NCBI GenBank assembly: GCA_963705105.1 | Contig: CAVPIW010000006.1 | Coordinates: 64,001 to 128,000 of the forward strand | Direction of reading: 5' to 3' | Length of the DNA stretch: 64,000 bases | Source of the DNA: an uncultured Nitrospiraceae bacterium | Lineage (GTDB): Bacteria > Nitrospirota > Thermodesulfovibrionia > Thermodesulfovibrionales > Dissulfurispiraceae | Shown: positions 36,827 to 46,916 of the stretch, in pieces | Numbering within the stretch: position 1 is the first letter of the stretch | Layout of the letters: the number at the start of each line of letters is the position of its first letter | Notes under the pieces: model-generated | The model's database searches: none | What the model saw: the letters and a program-made list of their open reading frames with translations, nothing else | What the model was told of the DNA's origin: nothing | Position numbers and translations under genes: made by a program

Positions 36827-37276
36827 TTACCGTCTCCAACCCGCCCAGACGGGGAACCCGTTGTCATCGCGCAGCTTCAGGACTGCATCCCCCTTCTTGA
36901 TCTCGGCGGCGATGATCGCCGGGGCGGTGCCGACCGTCACCCTTGATCCCTTGACATCGATCTTGTCACCCTTCTCGATCTTGGTGTCGAGCCGCTCGAT
37001 ATACCAGGACGGGCCGAGGTGCACGGCGATCGTTTCCTTTTCGGTCTTGACCTGGAGGTGTATGCCGTAGGACATGCCCCTCATCGGCGTAATCCTGTCG
37101 ATGGCGATCACCTCGCCGGATATCGTTTCAACCGTGGCGGGGTTGTACATGCGCTGGTATTTGTTGCCCATGCCCCAGCCTCCGCTTCCCTTCCAGCCCC
37201 TCTGGGCAAAGCTGTCCGTTGCGAACACCGCCAGTACGAGAACTGCCAGCAAAGCGCTGAATACCTTTGTCTTCAT
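36827..37276 (-). CDS. Secreted OB-fold-like hypothetical protein
   Basis: AGGAGG RBS, signal peptide MKTKVF..SFAQ, YNPATVETISGEV, VHLGPSWY, LRDDNGFPVW. Confidence 0.75.
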   Translation of the reverse strand: MKTKVFSALLAVLVLAVFATDSFAQRGWKGSGGWGMGNKYQRMYNPATVETISGEVIAIDRITPMRGMSYGIHLQVKTEKETIAVHLGPSWYIERLDTKIEKGDKIDVKGSRVTVGTAPAIIAAEIKKGDAVLKLRDDNGFPVWAGWRR

Positions 37277-37523
37277 CGTTTCCTCCTGTCGAACGCCTGT
37301 GTATAGTTTTTTCCGGAACGTCCGGATAGCGCCCGTCTTTACCAATAGGCTATCAATTACCATGCCAAATCATCAGTCGGCAGTTAGCAGTGAATAAGGC
37401 CAGAAGATTGTGGGACCTACCAGGAACATTTCTCTGTCATTCCCGCAACCCCGCATCAGGTGCGGGGGCGTCGGGAATCCTTCAGAAAGAACGATTCCGG
37501 ACAAGCCGGAATGACAGAGAGAC

Positions 37524-37756
37524 GGCGTTGCATATGTCTTCCGGAAAGGTGGGGTGGTGATGCCACGAAACAGTAGGCAACAGACAGAACCCAGACCACC
37601 CTTTGCCGTGTCTATTGACATCACATGCCCGTCAGGCAACAGTGGCTGAACACCTGGAGATGTCTCATCATCGCATTGGAAAGGCTTTGAGCCATATCTG
37701 CCTTCCCGGAGGCAGCGGTAGTGAAACCGACACTGACACTGACACTCACACTGTCA
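37524..37756 (-). repeat. Divergent ~190-bp element, copy J, plus adjacent GACACT hexamer arm
   Basis: GTTGCATATGTCTTCCGGAAAGGTGGGG...AAGGCTTTGAG..CTGCCTTCC, followed by CCGACACTGACACTGACACTCACACT. Confidence 0.65.
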
Positions 37757-37918
37757 CCATTCTGTTGCGAGCTTTGCGCGAGAATTGTCTTTGTCGGGAG
37801 CGCAATTTTTGCATTATTTCATGCAAGAATTGCATGACCTCATTGCCGGAAGGGCTTTCTGAGCGGGCGGAAGTGTGTTACAATTATAATTCACATAAAC
37901 CGTGAGAGGAGTGGCTCC

Positions 37919-39814
37919 ATGGAATTGAGGCTGACGTCCAATGAGGTGATCCCCGTCGAGGCAGGCGAGAGCGTCCTGTCGGCCCTGAAGCGGTCCGGCG
38001 TCTATCTCGTCGCGTCCTGCGGGAGCAAGGGCACCTGCGGAAAGTGCAAGGTCAAGATTCTCGAGGGAAAGCACCGGGTCGCCTCCTACGGCAAACTGAG
38101 CGAACAGGACAGGGCGTCACACATCGTCCTCGCCTGCCAGACCTTTCCCGAGGAGGATCTCTTTGTCGAGGTCCTGAAGGAGTCCCGCCTCGTCGTCGGC
38201 GACAAGATCGCCATAGCCAGGACAAAGGAACTTGCCGCGTACCTGAAATCGTTCGGCGTCGAGCCCGACCCGATCGTCAGGAGGATATTCCTCGAGCTTC
38301 CGCCTCCGAGCATCGATGACAGCATCAGCGATCTTGAACGCATCAAGCGTCATCTCGCGCCGATGGGCCTCGGGAACATGCGGTTCTCCTACGAGTTCGT
38401 CTCGATGATGGAAAAAACGCTCAGGGACGCCGACTGGAAGGTGGATCTCACCTATATCCGGACCCAGGGAAATGATAATAAAGAAGCCCTCTTCCTGACG
38501 TCCCCAAAGGAGTGCGCGCGCCGTCACGGCATAGCCGTTGATATCGGGACGACGACCGTCGTCGTTTACCTGGTCAATCTCTTCACCGGTGAGATCGTGG
38601 ATCTCGGCTCCACCTACAACTCCCAGATGCGCCACGGTGACGACGTCATCACGAGGATCATCTATGCGACGGAGAAGCAGGGCCTCCATGAACTGCGCAG
38701 GGCTATCAATGCAGACATCAACACGATTATCGAGTCGCTCATCGAGCGGCAGAAGATCGAGCATTGCGAGATCGACTCGGCGGCGATCGCCGGCAACACG
38801 ACAATGGTTCACATCTTCTGGGGCCTCGATCCGTCGTCGATCCGCGTCGAACCCTACATCCCCACATTGAATTACTTTCCTCTCTGGCAGGGGTCGACAG
38901 CCCGCCTGGCTATCAATCCCCAGGCGCCTGTCTATACATTGCCCTGCGTCGCAAGTTACGTGGGCGGAGACATCGTCTCGGGCGTCCTCGCCACCAAGAT
39001 GCACCGGAACCCTGAGGTCGCCCTCTTCATGGACATCGGGACGAACGGGGAACTCGCCATCGGCAACAACGAATGGCTCATGACGGCGGCCTGCTCGGCC
39101 GGTCCCTGCTTCGAGGGAAGCGGGATACGATGCGGTATGAGGGCCACCCCGGGCGCCATCGAGGCGGTCAGGATCGATCCGGTGACTCACGACCCTCAGA
39201 TCACCGTCATCGGAGGAGGGACCCCTCTCGGCATCTGCGGGTCCGGTATGATCGACGCCATTTCGGAGATGTACCTCACCAGGACGATCGATCAGAGGGG
39301 CAAGTTCATCGAGGGAATTACGGACCGGATCATAAAGGGAGACGAGGGACTGGAGTACGTCCTCTACCGCGACGAGCGGCACGGCAGGGACATCCTCCTG
39401 ACGGAGGTGGACATCGAAAACGTGCTGAGGGCGAAGGCCGCTATTTACGCGGGTATAATGACGATGCTCTCCGAGATCGGCTTCACCCTCGATGCCGTCG
39501 ATACGATCTATGTCGCCGGCGGCTTCGGCAATTACATCAATGTCGAACGGGCCATCACCCTCGGCATGCTCCCGGACATTCCCAAGGAGCGGTATAAGTT
39601 TATGGGCAACACGTCCGTCACGGGCGCCTACCTGACCCTCCTGTCGGAAGACCTCAGGAGGGAAGCCGACGAGATCGCCCAGAAAATGACCTATCTCGAG
39701 CTGTCCGTGTCGAGGAACTTCATGGACCAGTTCCTGTCGGCCCTTTTCCTCCCCCACACCGACATGAGCCAGTTCCCCACGGTGGCCGGGCTCATGAACA
39801 TCGGGCATGAATAG
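37919..39814 (+). CDS. ASKHA-domain reductive activator of corrinoid proteins (RACo/AcsV-like) with N-terminal 2Fe-2S domain
   Basis: CGSKGTCGKC..LACQ ferredoxin; AVDIGTTT, HGDDVITRI, YVGGDI, DIGTNGE, ACSAGPCFEG, GICGSG, AGGFG. Confidence 0.9.
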   Translation: MELRLTSNEVIPVEAGESVLSALKRSGVYLVASCGSKGTCGKCKVKILEGKHRVASYGKLSEQDRASHIVLACQTFPEEDLFVEVLKESRLVVGDKIAIARTKELAAYLKSFGVEPDPIVRRIFLELPPPSIDDSISDLERIKRHLAPMGLGNMRFSYEFVSMMEKTLRDADWKVDLTYIRTQGNDNKEALFLTSPKECARRHGIAVDIGTTTVVVYLVNLFTGEIVDLGSTYNSQMRHGDDVITRIIYATEKQGLHELRRAINADINTIIESLIERQKIEHCEIDSAAIAGNTTMVHIFWGLDPSSIRVEPYIPTLNYFPLWQGSTARLAINPQAPVYTLPCVASYVGGDIVSGVLATKMHRNPEVALFMDIGTNGELAIGNNEWLMTAACSAGPCFEGSGIRCGMRATPGAIEAVRIDPVTHDPQITVIGGGTPLGICGSGMIDAISEMYLTRTIDQRGKFIEGITDRIIKGDEGLEYVLYRDERHGRDILLTEVDIENVLRAKAAIYAGIMTMLSEIGFTLDAVDTIYVAGGFGNYINVERAITLGMLPDIPKERYKFMGNTSVTGAYLTLLSEDLRREADEIAQKMTYLELSVSRNFMDQFLSALFLPHTDMSQFPTVAGLMNIGHE

Positions 39815-39839
39815 ATGATAACCGTCGGCATCGGAGTCC

Positions 39840-41972
39840 ATGGGTTTCTGGCATGACATAAGGCGTGATTTCAGGGCCGTTTTCGAGAGGGACCCGGCGG
39901 CGCGGAACGCCGTCGAGGTGCTCATCACCTATCCCGGTCTCCACGCGATCATGCTGCACCGGATCTCCCATGCCCTCTGGAACATCGGTATCCCTGTCAT
40001 ACCAAGGCTCCTCTCGCACATAACACGGTTCCTCACAGGCATCGAGATCCACCCGGCAGCGAAGATCGGGCCGGGCTTCTTCATTGACCACGGCATGGGC
40101 GTCGTCATCGGCGAGACGACGGAGATCGGAGAGGACTGCCTCCTCTACCAGGGCGTGACTCTCGGGGGAACGGGCAAGGAAAAAGGGAAGCGCCACCCGA
40201 CGCTCGGCAACCACGTCGTCGTCGGCACGGGCGCAAAGGTGCTCGGTCCGATGAGGATCGGCGATTACGTGAAGATCGGGGCGAATTCAGTCGTCCTGAA
40301 CCCGGTTCCCGACTACTCCATCGTCGTCGGCGTGCCGGGCAGGATCATCAAGAAAAAGGTCATGCGTTTCGATGAGGGCGGGATCGTCGAGGCCCTCGAC
40401 CATGTCCGCCTGCCGGACCCCGTGGACGAAAAACTGAATGAGCTGACGGAATACATCAGGCGGCTGGAATCGCGCATCGAACGGATGGAGGGTAAAGGAG
40501 GGAGAATGAAGATCTTCAACACGATGACGGGAAAGAAGGAGGAATTCACCCCCCTGACGCCCGGCAAGGTCGGCATCTACGCCTGCGGTGTCACCGTCTA
40601 TGACTATTGCCACATCGGCCACGCCCGGAGCACCGTCGTCTTCGATGTCATCAAGCGGTACCTGGCGTACAAGGGGTTCGACGTGACCTTTGTCAGGAAC
40701 TTCACCGACATAGACGACAAGATCATCAAGAGGGCCGCTGAAGAGGGTTCGACGTGGGACGCCGTGGCGAAAAAGTACATCGACGAATATTACAGGGACA
40801 TGGACAGGCTCGGCGTGGACCGCGCCGACAAGGAGCCGAAAGCGACGGAGCATATAGAGGACATGATCGGGATCATCGGCACGCTTATCGGGAAGGGTTT
40901 TGCCTATGAGGTCCCCGAGGGAGAGAACAAAAGCGTCTATTTCTCCGTCGGCGCTTTCCGGGAATACGGGAAGCTGTCGGGGAAGGAGCAGGATGACCTC
41001 CTCGCCGGCGCCCGCGTCGACGTGAACGAGCAGAAGAGAAACCCTATGGATTTCGCCCTGTGGAAGGCGTCGAAGGAGGGCGAGCCCTGGTGGCAGAGCC
41101 CCTGGGGAAAGGGGAGGCCCGGCTGGCATATCGAGTGCACCGCCATGTCGATCAGGCATCTCGGCGAGAGCATCGACATTCATGGCGGCGGCGCTGACCT
41201 CATCTTTCCGCATCACGAAAACGAGATCGCCCAGTCCGAGGCGTACACGGGCAAACCCTTCGCGCGGTACTGGGTGCATAACGGGTTCATCACCGTCGAC
41301 AAGGAGAAGATGTCGAAATCGCTCGGCAACTTCTTCACCCTCCGGGAGATCCTCGATGTGTGCGATCCCGAAGTGGTCAGGCTCTTCCTCCTTTCGAGCC
41401 ATTACCGGAGCCCCATCGAATTCTCGCAGGAGCAGCTCAGGGACGCCGAATCGTCTCTTGACCGTTACTACACGACGAGGGGGAGGATCGACGAGTTCCT
41501 GTCCCGGGGCGCCGAGGGAAAAAAGAAAGGCGCCGACCCCGCCGGATTCGACAAGATCCTGACGGAAGCGATGCAGGGGTTCGATGACGCCATGGACGAC
41601 GATTTCAACACCGCCCAGGCGATCGGTCACGTCTTTGAGTGCATCAGGGAGGTCAACCGGTTCCTCGACTCGAAAGCGGCAGGAGACGGTGCGGTGAGAG
41701 TCGTCACCAGGGCGCGGGAGATGCTCGACACGATGGGCGGCGTTCTCCATCTTTTCAGGAGAACGCCCATTCAGTGGAACCGGGACCTGTTGCAGACCAA
41801 AAAAATCCCGCTCACAGAGGACGATATCCTCACCCGCATTGAAGAGCGACGGAGCGCGAGGGAGCAGAAGGACTGGGCGCTTGCCGACAACATCAGGAAT
41901 ACCCTGGAGGAGCAGGGTGTCGTCCTCGAGGACAAGAAAGACGGCACCACCTGGAGGGTAAAGATTGCCTGA
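39840..41972 (+). CDS. cysE-cysS: In-frame fusion: serine O-acetyltransferase (aa 1-222) + cysteinyl-tRNA synthetase (from Met223, nt 40506)
   Basis: [47 protein letters not shown]; then [44 protein letters not shown]; no stop codon between the two parts. Confidence 0.93.
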   Translation: MGFWHDIRRDFRAVFERDPAARNAVEVLITYPGLHAIMLHRISHALWNIGIPVIPRLLSHITRFLTGIEIHPAAKIGPGFFIDHGMGVVIGETTEIGEDCLLYQGVTLGGTGKEKGKRHPTLGNHVVVGTGAKVLGPMRIGDYVKIGANSVVLNPVPDYSIVVGVPGRIIKKKVMRFDEGGIVEALDHVRLPDPVDEKLNELTEYIRRLESRIERMEGKGGRMKIFNTMTGKKEEFTPLTPGKVGIYACGVTVYDYCHIGHARSTVVFDVIKRYLAYKGFDVTFVRNFTDIDDKIIKRAAEEGSTWDAVAKKYIDEYYRDMDRLGVDRADKEPKATEHIEDMIGIIGTLIGKGFAYEVPEGENKSVYFSVGAFREYGKLSGKEQDDLLAGARVDVNEQKRNPMDFALWKASKEGEPWWQSPWGKGRPGWHIECTAMSIRHLGESIDIHGGGADLIFPHHENEIAQSEAYTGKPFARYWVHNGFITVDKEKMSKSLGNFFTLREILDVCDPEVVRLFLLSSHYRSPIEFSQEQLRDAESSLDRYYTTRGRIDEFLSRGAEGKKKGADPAGFDKILTEAMQGFDDAMDDDFNTAQAIGHVFECIREVNRFLDSKAAGDGAVRVVTRAREMLDTMGGVLHLFRRTPIQWNRDLLQTKKIPLTEDDILTRIEERRSAREQKDWALADNIRNTLEEQGVVLEDKKDGTTWRVKIA

Positions 41973-41976
41973 ACCT

Positions 41977-42179
41977 AATCTTTGCATAGGCCTGCCGGAA
42001 AGTAGGGGTGGATGCACCGAAAACCTTGCTGCGGCGACACCTGTATCAAAAGGTCAGACGAACTATACACCAATGGTCGATGACAATAAGAGTGGAATCC
42101 TGAAACACGAAGCTGACAATGCGTATCGTCGCCTTCAGCAAGGCTTTGAGGCGCTTCGCCCCTACTTTCCATGCAACTG
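41977..42179 (-). repeat. ~190-bp element, copy G (L1+R2), fills the cysS-rlmB gap
   Basis: GGAAAGTAGGGG...CCCCTACTTTCC compensatory stem; core matches copy F. Confidence 0.88.
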
Positions 42180-42950
42180 AAGGATGAGCAGGCCGGTGGC
42201 GAGGTCTGGGTATGGGGCCAGAATCCCGTTATGGAGGCGCTCAGGGCAGGACGGGCCCTCTCCGTGGTCTACATCTCCGGGGCAAGAAAGGATGCGGGGG
42301 AGGTCTCCCGGTTCGTCAAGACCAAGGGAGTTCCTGTTAAGATCGTTGGCCGGGACTTCTTTGAAGGCAGGTTCGACAAGGGACACCAGGGCATTGCCGC
42401 CCTTGCCCTCCCCAGGGCGGCAGCCGGACTTGATGAGATCATCGGGGAATGCCGGGACCGCGGTGTCATGCCTTTCTTTCTCGTGCTGGACGGCATCGAG
42501 GACCCGCGGAATTTCGGCGCCATCCTGAGGGTGGCAGACGCCGCGGGCGTCCACGGCGTCGTCTTCCAGACCCGCCGGTCCGCGGGCATCACTCCCGTCG
42601 TGTCGAAGGCCTCGGCGGGAGCCGTGGAGCATGTCGCCCTCGTCAATGTTGTGAATATCAAGCACGCCCTGCGCACGATGAAAGAAGAGGGGATTACGGT
42701 CATCGGCGCCGAGGCATCCGCCACGATGACCTTCTGGGATGCGGACATGAAAGGCCCCGTCGCTTTCGTCGTCGGCTCCGAGGGACAGGGACTCAGGCTC
42801 ACCGTGAGGGAGCAGTGTGACGTCGTCGTCAGCCTCCCCATGGCGGGAAAGGTGAATTCCCTCAACGTCTCCGTCGCAACAGGCATCATGGCCTATGAGC
42901 TTGTGCGGCAGAGGAGGGAGGGCTTCAGAAAGGGCTTAACGGGATTTTAG
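42171..42950 (+). CDS. rlmB: 23S rRNA Gm2251 2'-O-methyltransferase (start uncertain)
   Basis: GQNPVMEAL, HQGIAA, LDGIEDPRNFGAILR, KASAGA, GSEGQG, SLNVSVA; follows cysS. Confidence 0.92.
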   Translation: MQLKDEQAGGEVWVWGQNPVMEALRAGRALSVVYISGARKDAGEVSRFVKTKGVPVKIVGRDFFEGRFDKGHQGIAALALPRAAAGLDEIIGECRDRGVMPFFLVLDGIEDPRNFGAILRVADAAGVHGVVFQTRRSAGITPVVSKASAGAVEHVALVNVVNIKHALRTMKEEGITVIGAEASATMTFWDADMKGPVAFVVGSEGQGLRLTVREQCDVVVSLPMAGKVNSLNVSVATGIMAYELVRQRREGFRKGLTGF

Positions 42951-43062
42951 AAACGATAAGGTACACCCTCAACGGGCATATTCCTTGACCAGCTTTTCAG
43001 AATGTTCGACAATATCGCCAATCACATGAGACAATGTGATGGATAACACCGCAAGTTCCTGA

Positions 43063-43608
43063 TCATTCATCAGATTGCTGTCTTCGATCCTTGCTTCGTG
43101 GGTAGTTTTTATCGGGTCGATTTCCCTCAGTTTTAAAATCTGGCTTCTTAAGAGGATCATCTGTAGCTTTCCTCATCTTCTTTATAGGCCGAAGAGGCCG
43201 CAAAGCTTCCTTGGGCAACAGGTTCCTGACGGTCTTACGGACCCTACGCGCGAGTCGCACAGCTTTTCTTGCTTCAGTTAGTGTGGGATCTTCCGCCTCT
43301 CCCGGATACCGCGTCACAATTGCATAATCCGTTAGCAAATCCTGTTCTGCCGGGGACAAAAGATCAGGTCTTTCAGGATGCAAAAGTGCCATAAGCAAAG
43401 ACAGATTGTGCGTCTTGGGAGAAGGTGTCCCGTTCCATGCCAATAATGCCTTTAGATATTTTTCGACACATTGCTGCGCATGGTAACAAACAGTGTCTGT
43501 GGGGCAGTCATAGCCCATTTTTAAAGTATTTGCGGCGTTCTTGAGGTCGTTTTCACCTTTATGGATCCATTCACGGACAACATCCGCGACTCGCTCATGC
43601 TTTGGCAT
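43063..43608 (-). CDS. HEPN-domain protein (toxin partner); C-terminal extension uncertain
   Basis: EWIHKGENDL, VCYHAQQCVEKYLKALL, KTHNL, TRYP. Confidence 0.85.
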   Translation of the reverse strand: MPKHERVADVVREWIHKGENDLKNAANTLKMGYDCPTDTVCYHAQQCVEKYLKALLAWNGTPSPKTHNLSLLMALLHPERPDLLSPAEQDLLTDYAIVTRYPGEAEDPTLTEARKAVRLARRVRKTVRNLLPKEALRPLRPIKKMRKATDDPLKKPDFKTEGNRPDKNYPRSKDRRQQSDE

Positions 43609-43933
43609 ACAGCACTCTGCCTTCGTGAACTGCGGGCCACTCGATCGTTCCGACAACATCTTTTCGCCATTCAAATTCCGCGGGATCGCTTACGAGCACG
43701 TCTTTTGCCAATCGTATATCGTGTAACGCACTTCGTATCTGAAGCCGAACCAGTCGCTTCGATCCTTTAACGGGCATCACAACCAGAAGGTCAACATCAC
43801 TGTCAGGGCCCGCAGTCCCTCTCGCATGAGAACCGAAAAGAATAATTTTATCCGGATGAAATTGCGTCACGATCCGACTCACCATTTCCTGTATTAGGTC
43901 TTGAGTCGTTTGTTTTGTTGTTCCTTTCGCCAA
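43595..43933 (-). CDS. Minimal nucleotidyltransferase (MNT) antitoxin (start approximate)
   Basis: PDKIILFGSHARG..DSDVDLLVV..EGRVLY; overlaps the HEPN start. Confidence 0.87.
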   Translation of the reverse strand: MAKGTTKQTTQDLIQEMVSRIVTQFHPDKIILFGSHARGTAGPDSDVDLLVVMPVKGSKRLVRLQIRSALHDIRLAKDVLVSDPAEFEWRKDVVGTIEWPAVHEGRVLYAKA

Positions 43934-44039
43934 GATGGTCACTCTCCTCTTGATACGCCCAGGCCCCGCGTCAAGCAACATTAGCCTGTCGATATCTTTT
44001 AGGATACAATGCTGCGAAGTCGTTTGCCAAGGCTTTTCG

Positions 44040-44079
44040 GCAACGGGCATCATGGCCTATAAGCTTATGAGGCAGAGGA
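44040..44079 (+). repeat. Direct repeat of the rlmB 3' segment (42876-42915), 36/40 identical
   Basis: GCAACAGGCATCATGGCCTATGAGCTTGTGCGGCAGAGGA vs GCAACGGGCATCATGGCCTATAAGCTTATGAGGCAGAGGA. Confidence 0.9.
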
Positions 44080-44175
44080 TGGGCGGCCAGTGCTGCGCAA
44101 AGCCTGACACACGGGAACATGTGTGCCGTTGACACTGCCCACTTGACACAAGTAGACTAATTTCAGGAGGACGCT

Positions 44176-44250
44176 ATGGCAACAACGACAGTACGGATTC
44201 CCGAGGACAAGAGGGACACTCTCAAGATCATCGCAAGTGTCGAAAAAACA
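44176..44250 (+). pseudogene. Truncated ribbon-helix-helix antitoxin-like gene
   Basis: TTGACA-N18-TAGACT promoter, three TGACAC repeats and AGGAGG RBS, then MATTTVRIPEDKRDTLKIIASVEK followed by non-coding-like sequence. Confidence 0.5.
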
Positions 44251-44535
44251 AAGAACTGTTCGAGAAGGGCCGGCAGCCTTCTCTTTCTTCCCGTCAGCTC
44301 CCGCGATATCGCTCCTGATCTCCACCGGGTGTTAAAATCCTGCAATTCCATTAGCTCTCCGATGTCACTAAAATTATATCTTAATGACATTATACTGCTA
44401 TTGTCTTACATGAGCAATTCGTGCTCCTTTACAATTATCTCCAAATAAAGCTATACTTGCTAACTTTTGTTGTATATGATTGAATGTTCGCGGGAATGCG
44501 ACCGCAGCGACTATCCCTTTCTTCCTTCCAGCCAT

Positions 44536-44565
44536 TTGACAAATTCTTGAAATCTTGCTTATAGT
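44536..44565 (+). promoter_or_regulatory. Sigma70-type promoter of the tRNA-tuf operon
   Basis: TTGACA-N18-TATAGT, 11 nt before tRNA-Thr. Confidence 0.65.
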
Positions 44566-44576
44566 AGTAAGTTAAA

Positions 44577-44652
44577 GCCACCGTAGCTCAGCTGGCAGAG
44601 CAGCTGATTTGTAATCAGCGGGTCGGGGGTTCGATTCCCTTCGGTGGCTCCA
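44577..44652 (+). tRNA. tRNA-Thr(TGT)
   Basis: Cloverleaf GCCACCG/CGGTGGC, anticodon loop TTTGTAA, TTCGA, encoded CCA. Confidence 0.96.
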
Positions 44653-44751
44653 GGTAAGGCAGCAGCAGACGACCCTTGAGCGGAGGAATATTGCCGATCG
44701 AGGGCGTTTTCACCGTATAAGGCATTGCCCGTTGCTGATCATCGGTCGAAC

Positions 44752-44836
<85 letters not shown>

Positions 44837-44928
44837 GCGACATCCGCATCACCGATGTCGCATCCGGCAGGCAACGGCTCCTGTCCTGACCGGTGAGGGT
44901 CGGTGGAGAACCGCCGGCTCTGTTCGAT

Positions 44929-45000
44929 GCGGGAGTAGCTCAGTGGTAGAGCGTCAGCCTTCCAAGCTGAGGGTCGCGGGTTCGAATCCCGTTTCCCGCT
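44929..45000 (+). tRNA. tRNA-Gly(TCC), CCA not encoded
   Basis: GCGGGAG/TTCCCGC acceptor, CTTCCAA loop. Confidence 0.95.
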
Positions 45001-45031
45001 CTCTTTTGGAATTGTGTGTCTCTCTGGCCGC

Positions 45032-45104
45032 GCCCATGTAGCTCAGTCGGCAGAGCACATCCTTGGTAAGGATGAGGTCACCGGTTCGATTCCGGTCATG
45101 GGCT
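45032..45104 (+). tRNA. tRNA-Thr(GGT), CCA not encoded
   Basis: GCCCATG/CATGGGC acceptor, TTGGTAA loop. Confidence 0.95.
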
Positions 45105-45177
45105 CTGGATAGTCAGAGTCGTTGTCGTTTTTTCTGTGAAAACATGATGAGCGAAGAAGGCTAAGCAAGGAGGAGTT

Positions 45178-46377
<1,200 letters not shown>

Positions 46378-46380
46378 AGC

Positions 46381-46533
46381 ATGAGACTGATCATTCTTTT
46401 TCAGTGCACCGAGTGCAAGAACCGGAACTATTCGAGCATGAAGAACAAGAAGAACACGCCTGACAAGCTTCAGCTCAACAAGTACTGCAGGCACTGTAAA
46501 AAACATACGCTGCACAAAGAAACGAAAGCTTAG
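46381..46533 (+). CDS. rpmG: 50S ribosomal protein L33 (Zn-ribbon type); absent from the ORF track
   Basis: [50 protein letters not shown]. Confidence 0.95.
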   Translation: MRLIILFQCTECKNRNYSSMKNKKNTPDKLQLNKYCRHCKKHTLHKETKA

Positions 46534-46608
46534 GCCAGTAGCTCTAACGGCTAGAGCATCGGACTCCAAATCCGAGGGCTGGGGGTTCGAATCCCTCCTG
46601 GCCTGCCA
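46532..46608 (+). tRNA. tRNA-Trp(CCA)
   Basis: AGGCCAG/CTGGCCT acceptor, CTCCAAA loop, encoded CCA; first 2 nt shared with the rpmG TAG. Confidence 0.95.
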
Positions 46609-46727
46609 TTTTTTACGGGGAAGATGGCGGGACCGCCATTGCGACTCATGATGCCGAACGTTCATGGCTTGCATGGATGCCGTACCAGGACCGTCGTATC
46701 CCCGATTTCCGAACGGGAGCTGACAGT

Positions 46728-46913
46728 ATGATCGAGAGGGTGAAGAACTTTTTCAGTGAAACGAAACTCGAAGCTCAAAAGGCGGTGTATCCCGGAAAGG
46801 ATGAGCTGATCGGATCGACCTGGGTCGTCATCATAACGGTCCTGGTCATCTCCGTTTTCCTCGGATTCATTGATCTGAGCCTCGCGCGCATCGTGAAACT
46901 GCTGGTCAGGTAA
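46728..46913 (+). CDS. secE: Preprotein translocase subunit SecE
   Basis: FFSETKLEAQKAVYPGKDEL..TWVVI..FLGFID; conserved position. Confidence 0.92.
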   Translation: MIERVKNFFSETKLEAQKAVYPGKDELIGSTWVVIITVLVISVFLGFIDLSLARIVKLLVR

Positions 46914-46916
46914 GAT

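Noticed and set aside
36827..37276. Magnetosome gene (possible MamS/MamX-like domain; lemA is related to mamQ)
   Set aside because: No magnetosome gene cluster is present and both families are widespread outside magnetotactic bacteria.
42969..43160. 63-aa ORF downstream of HEPN as a third TA component
   Set aside because: No clear RBS or start, and it overlaps the HEPN tail; more likely a gene remnant.
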